Part shown: piece by piece, positions 49,288-56,939 of the stretch
How the letters are laid out: each line of letters opens with the position of its first letter
Position numbering within the stretch: the stretch's first letter is position 1
Assembly: GCA_016185105.1 (NCBI GenBank)
Contig: JACPOE010000012.1
Coordinates: 8,471 to 72,470, forward strand
Reading direction: 5' to 3'
DNA from: Bdellovibrio sp.
GTDB lineage: Bacteria > Bdellovibrionota > UBA1018
DNA length: 64,000 nt
Position numbers and translations under genes: made by a program
The notes under the pieces: model-generated
The model's database searches: none
The model's input: the letters and a program-made list of their open reading frames with translations, nothing else
What the model was told of the DNA's origin: nothing

Positions 49288-49894
49288 CCATCGCTTCACT
49301 CTGCTCCTCCGATGTCTTCCAATCATTCGTATTTTCACTTCTCTGAAGCACTTCGGCAGCAGCAACTCTCGCCGAATGGCTGATTCTAAAGCGAAACCTC
49401 CTCTCTCTAAAACTGAAACCTCCGGGAGACCACTCCAACGGCCTTGGTCCAAGAGGATCGGGTGGTGGCCGAAAAAGCCCCAGCCTAGGAAGTGGATTTG
49501 GAAAATCCGAGTAATGAAGCCCACACCCTCGATTCACAATCCAAGCCGCACAATTGGCATCCCATTTTAAAAGCAGTCCCTCTTGATAAAGAACCGCCGT
49601 CTGTAACAACGCCCGCAGGGGAGCTTGAGAGGAAGGAAGGACAATCACCGCTAGAGCAGCCCGAATTTTTCGAATTCTTTGATTCGTCTTAAGAAGTGAA
49701 TTGAGAGAGTCTCTAAATGTCTGAGCTGGTTTACCTATACATGTGTTTAGTCTGAGTTGGGTCTCCATCTGAAAACGCCAAGCACGAAAAATACCCAAAG
49801 TTCCGAATCCGGCGACGACAAAAACACTACAAAGCAAAAGCATCAAGACTTGGACATTTCCACCTTGCTTCTTGAAACGCCTTTCTAGTCCCAT
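49247..49894 (-). CDS. TadG-like pilin-associated protein
   Basis: KKQGG|NVQVLMLLL hydrophobic N-terminus; overlaps both neighbours. Confidence 0.55.
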   Translation of the reverse strand: MGLERRFKKQGGNVQVLMLLLCSVFVVAGFGTLGIFRAWRFQMETQLRLNTCIGKPAQTFRDSLNSLLKTNQRIRKIRAALAVIVLPSSQAPLRALLQTAVLYQEGLLLKWDANCAAWIVNRGCGLHYSDFPNPLPRLGLFRPPPDPLGPRPLEWSPGGFSFRERRFRFRISHSARVAAAEVLQRSENTNDWKTSEEQSEAMDESANWTAEWKWR

Positions 49895-50205
49895 AGAGCA
49901 GCCTCCAGCTCTGGCAAGCTGACTTTTTCCTCTGTAGTTCCACACTGAAGAGTTCCAGTAAGGACCCCACTTCTACGCTCATAGCTCACCGGAAATGGAG
50001 AGGCGTGTCGGGGCCCCCCTGTCAGCGAATGATGTGTACTTTCAAAGGCATGGTAAAGGCACCCCGCTACTTTCCAAGATCGCCAGAGCAAAGCCCCGCC
50101 TATCGAAAAGAGTGAAAAAGCCACTCCAATGGCGAACAGGAGTTCTAGAAGAGACTGACCGTCCTCGTCTGCTCTTTCCTGAACATGAACCACTTCACTC
50201 TCCAA
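49885..50205 (-). CDS. TadE-like minor pilin
   Basis: DG|QSLLE plus TM helix; two Cys. Confidence 0.65.
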   Translation of the reverse strand: MESEVVHVQERADEDGQSLLELLFAIGVAFSLFSIGGALLWRSWKVAGCLYHAFESTHHSLTGGPRHASPFPVSYERRSGVLTGTLQCGTTEEKVSLPELEAALWD

Positions 50206-50413
50206 CAGAGTCCTTATCTTTAAACACTATTTGAGTATCAATTCGATTACGGGCCTTCTTTATAGCACCCTTCACGGATTTCCCTAACCCCTGAGTCACT
50301 CCGACGGCAGCTAGCGAAACCAGAACCAACAAAGTAATGTACTCAGTCAATCCTTGCCCTCGATTATTACCAATGATTTTAGACTTAAAACATCCAAGTA
50401 TTATTTTTGACAT
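50195..50413 (-). CDS. flp: Flp family pilin
   Basis: RG|QGLTEY (E+5, Y+6) then hydrophobic helix; AGGAG RBS. Confidence 0.85.
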   Translation of the reverse strand: MSKIILGCFKSKIIGNNRGQGLTEYITLLVLVSLAAVGVTQGLGKSVKGAIKKARNRIDTQIVFKDKDSVGE

Positions 50414-50566
50414 CTGATCTCCTAATAAAGTCAAACAGATGAAAATAGCGGGCCATAAAATAGGCAGTATTTGCCGAGAAAATGATTCAAAAAAATACTC
50501 TGTGACTGAATCCTGGACTTAGGTTCGGCTCAATCCTATAATAATAAAAAAGGGCAAATTCGAAAA

Positions 50567-50962
50567 ATGTTGAAACACACTCAGAAACTGTTCGTGTACC
50601 AACGTAAAGAAATTATCCTAATTGGACTAATTGGCAGTTTGTCATTGCTCTTTTCTTTTATCTTTGGAATCCACCTTGCGAAAAATCTGGGCACAGGAAC
50701 TGCGCGAACCGAAGAGAACGAAGTCTCTGCCCTGGAATCCTCTGATGACCCCGGAGTCAGTCGCGAAGAGCTTTCTGATCCTGGCAAAGACGCCCCAAAA
50801 ATCGTCGAAGACTCTCTCAATCAGGAACTCCATGAGGAAGTGACCCGTACAGGGATTCGATTGAGGCCTTCACGTGCGGTTGAACTGCCCACCCGGACCA
50901 AATCGAAAACCGGCGGTGCGACCCAACTAGAGCCTGAACTTCAAAAACACCCTAAACACTAA
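50567..50962 (+). CDS. Hypothetical single-pass membrane protein
   Basis: One TM segment, then an acidic, probably disordered tail. Confidence 0.65.
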   Translation: MLKHTQKLFVYQRKEIILIGLIGSLSLLFSFIFGIHLAKNLGTGTARTEENEVSALESSDDPGVSREELSDPGKDAPKIVEDSLNQELHEEVTRTGIRLRPSRAVELPTRTKSKTGGATQLEPELQKHPKH

Positions 50963-51045
50963 CCAGCACCTTCTCTAGCCTTAGAACTGGACAAGTGTTC
51001 CATTGAAACATATGATTTTCGCGCTATTGGAAGGAAGGAAATTTC

Positions 51046-51408
51046 ATGTCTAAGCAGACGATTCAAAAGGTCGACAAGCCATGGGGCCACGAACTCATTT
51101 GGGCCAAAACGAAAGATTACGTAGGCAAGCTCCTTTTTATTAAAAAGGGACACCAGCTCTCTCTTCAATTTCACCGTGAAAAAGAAGAAACAATCTATCT
51201 GCAAGCCGGAAAAATGACTCTTGTTTTTGAAGACGATGATGCTCGGCTGATGGACGTTCATTTAAATCCCGGAGAGGCCCATCACATCCCACCCAATCGG
51301 CGGCACCGAATGATTGCGGTCGAAGACTGTACTGTTTTTGAAGTCTCCACTCCTCAACTTGGGGATGTCGTCCGTCTGGAAGACAGTTATGGAAGACAGG
51401 GAACCTAA
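51046..51408 (+). CDS. Cupin protein, mannose-6-phosphate isomerase type II-like
   Basis: KPWG, LSLQFH..KEET, HIPP..RHRM, EVST...DVVRLEDSYGR. Confidence 0.88.
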   Translation: MSKQTIQKVDKPWGHELIWAKTKDYVGKLLFIKKGHQLSLQFHREKEETIYLQAGKMTLVFEDDDARLMDVHLNPGEAHHIPPNRRHRMIAVEDCTVFEVSTPQLGDVVRLEDSYGRQGT

Positions 51409-51447
51409 CCCGTATTTTTAAACCTCCATTTAAGGAATGATTCAACA

Positions 51448-52512
51448 ATGAAGCAGGATTTGTACCTAGTTGTAATTGCAGGGGGCAGCGGGACCCGTTT
51501 TTGGCCAAAGAGCACCTCATCACGTCCTAAACAGCTGCTCAGTTTTGGTGGGTCTACGCCATCGAAATCTAGGTCACTTCTTGCACAAACTCTGGATCGC
51601 TTTGAAGGAATTGTTCCGAAAAACGGTTTCTACATCGCAACCACTAAGAAGCTAGAAAAAGCTATTGTCGACGAAAAACTGAATGCCCATATTTTGGCTG
51701 AACCCCAGGGCAGAAATACGGCTCCCTGTATCTATTGGGCAGCAAAAGAAGTGGCAGCAAGAGATCCAAAAGGTATTTTACTGGTGATGCCGGCGGACCA
51801 CTATATTGCTCAGCCCGATAAATTAAGGGAAACCATTCAGGCCGCAAGTGATTGGGCGCGATCCAATGACGATCTGATCACCTTGGCAATCCGCCCAACT
51901 CGGCCTGAAACAGGCTACGGGTATTTGAAGGTATCTGCCGATTCAGTCAAAAAAGGCGGTCCATCCAAAGTTGAAGCCTTTGTTGAAAAACCCAATTTTG
52001 AAAATGCCAAGAAATTTTTGGACGCGGGAAACTATTACTGGAACGGTGGAATGTTTGTCTGGAGAGCAGATGTCATTCTTCAGGCTTTTGATCAGCACAT
52101 GCCAGAAATGAAAAAAGCTTGGAACGAAGCGGGCGGCTCGATCGAAAAAGCTTACCCACTGATGACTGCAACCTCAATCGATTACGGAGTCATGGAAAAA
52201 GCGCGAAATGTCGTGACCTTTCCCCTGGACTGCGGTTGGGATGATTTAGGCAGCTGGACCTCTTTAGAAAGCCTAGCGGATTCATTACAAATTCGAAAAG
52301 GTTCCAATGTTGTTAATAGCGGGGATTTACTTGCCGTGGAATCCGAAGGAAATATTGTTGATGTTTCAAATAGTTTTGTGGCTCTCTTGGACGTCCACAA
52401 TCTCATTGTAGTTCAGACTCCCGATGCCCTGCTGATAGCAAACAAAGACAAGGCTCAAGATTTAAGAAAAATTGTTGAAGAAACAAAGAAAAGACGCCCA
52501 GACTTGGTCTAA
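51448..52512 (+). CDS. manC: Mannose-1-phosphate guanylyltransferase
   Basis: IAGGSGTRFWP.S...PKQ, EPQGRNTA, PADH, ETGYGY, FVEKP, WNGGMF, SIDYGVME, WDDLGSW. Confidence 0.93.
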   Translation: MKQDLYLVVIAGGSGTRFWPKSTSSRPKQLLSFGGSTPSKSRSLLAQTLDRFEGIVPKNGFYIATTKKLEKAIVDEKLNAHILAEPQGRNTAPCIYWAAKEVAARDPKGILLVMPADHYIAQPDKLRETIQAASDWARSNDDLITLAIRPTRPETGYGYLKVSADSVKKGGPSKVEAFVEKPNFENAKKFLDAGNYYWNGGMFVWRADVILQAFDQHMPEMKKAWNEAGGSIEKAYPLMTATSIDYGVMEKARNVVTFPLDCGWDDLGSWTSLESLADSLQIRKGSNVVNSGDLLAVESEGNIVDVSNSFVALLDVHNLIVVQTPDALLIANKDKAQDLRKIVEETKKRRPDLV

Positions 52513-52516
52513 CACG

Positions 52517-52551
52517 AAAAAAAGGAAGCAGATTCTTTCAAACCTGCTTCC
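52517..52551 (-). terminator. Intrinsic terminator for the HEAT-repeat gene
   Basis: GGAAGCAG/CTGCTTCC stem with a T7 tail on the minus strand. Confidence 0.75.
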
Positions 52552-52565
52552 CTCGGTTGGTTTTT

Positions 52566-54458
52566 CTAGATCCCTTTGATCTCACGGTATTCTTCGATTG
52601 CCTTTTTGCAACCGGTTTGCGCGCCTAGAGAATCCAAGAGTTTGATTTCTTCGGAACCGAACTCCCTCCCTTTTAGTGCTCTATGCGCTGCCCTTCTCAC
52701 GTCTTGGTCCGTATCACACAGCCTTCTCAGAAGTGCGTGGGTAGAGGTTGGGGCATTGACCCTGCCTAGATACTCGCAGCCCAGAATTCGAAGCTGATAG
52801 CTCCCTGCCTTTGATAGCTCCTCTAGGGCAGAAACATGGCTCTCATTCAGGGGCCGTTCTGAGATCGCGTCTTTTGCAGCCGCAGCCACATCTTTGTCCG
52901 TGTCTAGGATTGCTGATAGGATCGCAAGAGTTGCCGTATCCTCCTTAAAAGTACTGAGTCCCTTAACAGCACCAAGACGAACCTTCCAAGAAGGCTCACC
53001 TTTGGACCCAAGGCGGGTGAGGACAGGAATCGCATCCGGGTGGTTTATTTTAGGGAGGTATTTGACAACGAGTTCCTTACCATCGCTGTTATTCTGATTA
53101 CTCAGGTCACTCAATACAGGCAGGTCTTCGAGAAGGATCGCCCTTCCGCGAAGTAATGAGTCCGCTGTTGCCCTGACATCTTTATCCGAATCCATCAAAC
53201 CTGGATAAATGGCTCGCGTTGCCTCTGGAGTTAAAATGGTACCTATCCACTCTAGAACCTGTTGTCGGGTCTTCCAGCTATTCGACTTAAATTTTTCAAC
53301 TAAGATTGGAAGATAGCTGTTATCCATTCTCGCGGAATCTAAAACTCGATCGACAGCCTGTTTGACATCTTTGTCGTTATCTTCAAGTCTTCCAAAAACA
53401 AGCAGGTCATCTTGCAGACCATTGCGAATTTTCTCTAATCCCAAAACCGCATCTCTCCTCACCCTCCAGCTTGAACTGGCAACCGCTGTAGTCAAATGGG
53501 CTCGGATTTTTTCATCTTGAATTTTCAACATAGCAAGAGCAACCGCTCCGTGTTGAGCACTGGTCTCATCTTCCGAATCCAGCAAACTCCGTGCAAGAGT
53601 TTCAACCAATTCGGGTACGAGTTTGTGATCTCGAGCGAGGTCGAAAAAAGCTAGAGGGTAGGGAGACTTTCTTAAATTCACCCAACTTGAGTGTTGTTCC
53701 TGGAATGCTGCTTCAATCTCTCTCTGGTGAGATCCCTCTTTCAAAGACAGAAGGTATTTAGAAACAGAGTACAGTTTTCGGAAATCAGGCCGGCTATCCA
53801 ATGTCCGAACAGCGAAGTCTACCGGATTTTCAGCTACCCTTAGGGTGGCCACAGTCTTGAAATGACCCTGTTCAAAGGCACGCCTTAGGTCTTTGTGTTC
53901 CACAGTTTTGCGATCATAAGAGGCAAAACTCAGCGAAAGAATCTTGGGTGGCGTTTGAGAAAACTCTAGTTCACCCACCAACGCCAAACCTAATAGGTCC
54001 CTATCTCTCCCAAGGGGGGATATATATTGGACGCTCTGGTCCTTGACTATAACGACGCCTGAAAACACTGCATAGGTTGCATCTAAACACCCGTTGGTGC
54101 CGTTAAAAATCCCACAAGCAAGGAATTCTTCGCGAACCACATCAAAGCCATCATCGGCCCAAGACGGGTCCACCTTTTCAATACTTTCAATAAATAGCTG
54201 GCCAGGGTGGAGGTCCGGATGGTCAGTAAACCAACTTAACGCAGACATTTGTTCTCTGGTGGTGGCGCCCCCGAGAGCATTTTTCTCACCCTTCTTTTTC
54301 TTTCCTGCGGAATCCGAATCTGATGTTTTTTCCTTCTTTTTGAACCAATTTTTGAGCATTGCATTGGCAGGCGAAGGCGGAACCGCGAGAGAAATTGCGA
54401 CTCCAAGGACGAGCAAACTCATGGCTCGATAAGAGCCTTTAAGAAGACTATATTTCAT
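52566..54458 (-). CDS. Secreted HEAT-repeat protein
   Basis: Signal peptide ending ANA; alternating SWxVR and DxDKDV repeats in the C-terminal half. Confidence 0.8.
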   Translation of the reverse strand: MKYSLLKGSYRAMSLLVLGVAISLAVPPSPANAMLKNWFKKKEKTSDSDSAGKKKKGEKNALGGATTREQMSALSWFTDHPDLHPGQLFIESIEKVDPSWADDGFDVVREEFLACGIFNGTNGCLDATYAVFSGVVIVKDQSVQYISPLGRDRDLLGLALVGELEFSQTPPKILSLSFASYDRKTVEHKDLRRAFEQGHFKTVATLRVAENPVDFAVRTLDSRPDFRKLYSVSKYLLSLKEGSHQREIEAAFQEQHSSWVNLRKSPYPLAFFDLARDHKLVPELVETLARSLLDSEDETSAQHGAVALAMLKIQDEKIRAHLTTAVASSSWRVRRDAVLGLEKIRNGLQDDLLVFGRLEDNDKDVKQAVDRVLDSARMDNSYLPILVEKFKSNSWKTRQQVLEWIGTILTPEATRAIYPGLMDSDKDVRATADSLLRGRAILLEDLPVLSDLSNQNNSDGKELVVKYLPKINHPDAIPVLTRLGSKGEPSWKVRLGAVKGLSTFKEDTATLAILSAILDTDKDVAAAAKDAISERPLNESHVSALEELSKAGSYQLRILGCEYLGRVNAPTSTHALLRRLCDTDQDVRRAAHRALKGREFGSEEIKLLDSLGAQTGCKKAIEEYREIKGI

Positions 54459-54489
54459 ATTTTTTCCTCGAATTGTTCGGTCTAAATCT

Positions 54490-54906
54490 CTAGCGAGCCA
54501 ACCGGAAGGTGCACTGAACTTGGGGGTCCCTAGGATTGGCGCATTTCACGAACTCAAAGGCTAGGGAGCGTTTCTCAATGTTCAGACCTTCTTTGCCTAG
54601 CATCTGTAAAAGTTTGAGTGAATCCTGGACACCGCTGTCGAGCTTTCTTTCGCCGTCATTAAATCTACAGACTTTTCTCAACTGGTCCGCACAGCCGACA
54701 TAGACGCGTTCCTCCGCACAGCTCATCTGACTCAAACTGAGTCTTTCTTTGCCCTTCTTATTTTTTTGAACCTGGGCCCCAGCATTATTAAAGGCATCAA
54801 TTGCGGTCTTCGCTGATTCACCATAAACGGTGAAGTCTCCAGCCATGGCAGCTACGCCAAAAAGAGAACCTGCGACGAAGGAAATCAATCGCGTTTTTTT
54901 CATCAT
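54490..54906 (-). CDS. Small secreted Cys-containing hypothetical protein
   Basis: Signal peptide ending AMA; GGAG RBS. Confidence 0.75.
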   Translation of the reverse strand: MMKKTRLISFVAGSLFGVAAMAGDFTVYGESAKTAIDAFNNAGAQVQKNKKGKERLSLSQMSCAEERVYVGCADQLRKVCRFNDGERKLDSGVQDSLKLLQMLGKEGLNIEKRSLAFEFVKCANPRDPQVQCTFRLAR

Positions 54907-55032
54907 AGAAATCTCCAATTGTGAAAAGGGTTTAGCGTCCGATGCCCTATAGTGCTAATAATGCATCACGTCAATATAAAGATAGTTTTGAAATTTTGAC
55001 CGCCAGGAAAAACCTTTTGAGTGAACTTAATA

Positions 55033-56922
55033 ATGAAAAAAATTTTTCTGCTCTTTTCTATTTTTCTAGTTGGAGCTTGTTTTCAGTTTCAATCGTTGGC
55101 ACACCTCAAAAAAATCCCTGTCGGGATCACCTTGCAACAAGCCTACCGCGGTCTGGTGACAAGAGAGGATTTCGCCAGGGCAGCCTCCCTCGAACTCCAC
55201 GTCGTGTCGGATCTCTTAGCTGATCAAATTAGCAACCTCGTAAAAACAAACTCACCTGCCATCGTAGACATTGTTGGAATCGGAGCAGGCTCGCAAAGTG
55301 CTATTGCGTTTTCGATTCTGAAGCAAAAAAATCCAAACCTAAGAACACTCATCTTTGAGGCTTCTCCAAACGCCGGCACGTTTGACCACCTTCGCGGCTC
55401 ATTCTACTTGAATAGCCCAGAAGGAAGAGTTCAGGACGGAATTACCCTCCACAACACCATCATTGGAAGTCCCATTCAAGTTTTCGACCTGGTTTCAGGA
55501 CCTGAAGACGACTTGATCTTTCCCTCGTCGCAAAAGCTCGGTGATGCAACTTTGCTTGCTCATCTTTTTTCAGACAGCGGTCTGGTCTTTAACCAAAGAG
55601 TAGTGAAAGTGGAACCAGGAGCCCCACACGCAACCTATAGAGTGGTCACCGACAAGGGGCTCATCGTTTTTACGAATCATATTTTGATAGCCACGGGACT
55701 GGGCGCTCCCAAAACTGGCATTGATGATGCGGTTCATCGACAGTCGGTGGAGCGAATCACCTCGGATGGGAATCCAGCGGTGGAAACTGTCGACCAGTTC
55801 TTAAACAGGCTTTCCGAAACTCGATATGCTCGACGAGGAACCAGCACCGATCAGCATCTTGAAATACTACCAGCGGAGGTTCTAGTCATCGGCGCCGGAG
55901 ACGGTGGCAAGATTGCAGTGGAGGCCCTTCTAAAATGGCCCGAAAGCAACCGACCTAAAATCCTCTGGGCGGGGCAAGATGCTACGACTCCGGCTGAGTT
56001 CATGGAGTCCCTCAAACATCCTATCCTCAAAGAGAGATATGCTGAAACCGGACAATCCCTCTTGACGGGTTGGGTCCGCGCGCTCCCCGGCCGTATCACT
56101 CAGGTCGAAAGAAAAAACGGTTCTGACTCCGAATTCGAAGTGACCCTACAAAACGAAAAGCCGTCTTTGAAAATAACAAAGCGGACGTTTCGAAAAATTA
56201 TTTTTGCGACGGGCTATACCTCGGAACTACCGAATATTTTTGAGGACCTTCCCGGGTTTGACTCGAAAAGCGGCGAAACCCTTTTTGGCTCCCTGTCTGA
56301 TTTTGTCACTTTGGACGAGGGGCGCGCTCTTCCACTAAGACGCTACCCTTTGGGCTGGAAGGCCAGAGGTCATTCAATTTGGCGAATCGGTCCCGGATCG
56401 GTTTCAGAAATGGAAGATAGCCGAAAATACGGTGGATATTTTGACCTCTCTGCCTATGCACCTCTATCAGCAGCCGTGGGAGAATTGTTGGCCTCGACGA
56501 TCCTGCTTCATCCAAGAACCGAGGTAGCGGACGTGCAGGCTAACCCGGAGTTTGAGGCTTTCTGGACGCTCCCCTCTGGCACAAATTCCCCCCTACATGT
56601 TCAGAAAGACCTCTTCTTCCTAGAAGCAAAGTTGGTCATCGGGCGGCTAATTCAGTCTCTGAGGCTCCCCCCAGATCAGCGCCTGGAAGTGGAACTCATT
56701 TGGAAGTTCAACCCGTCAGAAAAGCAAATCCGATTTCATTTAGGAAATGGGAACTTTGACCCGGTAGGCTTGAGTCGCTTCAAAGAAAATATTCAGAAGG
56801 AAACGGGTCTTGGTAAATTTTGGTTCTATTCTCTTGGAGAGGAATGGCACCCTAAGCTCAGAATTTTCTTTCAATCCAGATCAGATGGAACACCAAGGCT
56901 TGAAACACTGAAAGTCGAGTAA
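55033..56922 (+). CDS. Signal-peptide-bearing FAD/NAD(P)-binding protein (two dinucleotide-binding motifs)
   Basis: IVGIGAG, IATGLG, LVIGAGDGG, IFATGY; Sec-type leader MKKIFLLF. Confidence 0.7.
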   Translation: MKKIFLLFSIFLVGACFQFQSLAHLKKIPVGITLQQAYRGLVTREDFARAASLELHVVSDLLADQISNLVKTNSPAIVDIVGIGAGSQSAIAFSILKQKNPNLRTLIFEASPNAGTFDHLRGSFYLNSPEGRVQDGITLHNTIIGSPIQVFDLVSGPEDDLIFPSSQKLGDATLLAHLFSDSGLVFNQRVVKVEPGAPHATYRVVTDKGLIVFTNHILIATGLGAPKTGIDDAVHRQSVERITSDGNPAVETVDQFLNRLSETRYARRGTSTDQHLEILPAEVLVIGAGDGGKIAVEALLKWPESNRPKILWAGQDATTPAEFMESLKHPILKERYAETGQSLLTGWVRALPGRITQVERKNGSDSEFEVTLQNEKPSLKITKRTFRKIIFATGYTSELPNIFEDLPGFDSKSGETLFGSLSDFVTLDEGRALPLRRYPLGWKARGHSIWRIGPGSVSEMEDSRKYGGYFDLSAYAPLSAAVGELLASTILLHPRTEVADVQANPEFEAFWTLPSGTNSPLHVQKDLFFLEAKLVIGRLIQSLRLPPDQRLEVELIWKFNPSEKQIRFHLGNGNFDPVGLSRFKENIQKETGLGKFWFYSLGEEWHPKLRIFFQSRSDGTPRLETLKVE

Positions 56923-56939
56923 ATAGCCGGTAGAAACCC

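Noticed and set aside
50440..50455. sigma54-like motif TGGCCCGCTATTTTCA upstream of flp
   Set aside because: The -12 element is TC rather than GC; too weak to call
51046..52512. Split cupin and guanylyltransferase as a broken manC
   Set aside because: Both genes are intact with their own RBS; monofunctional forms are common
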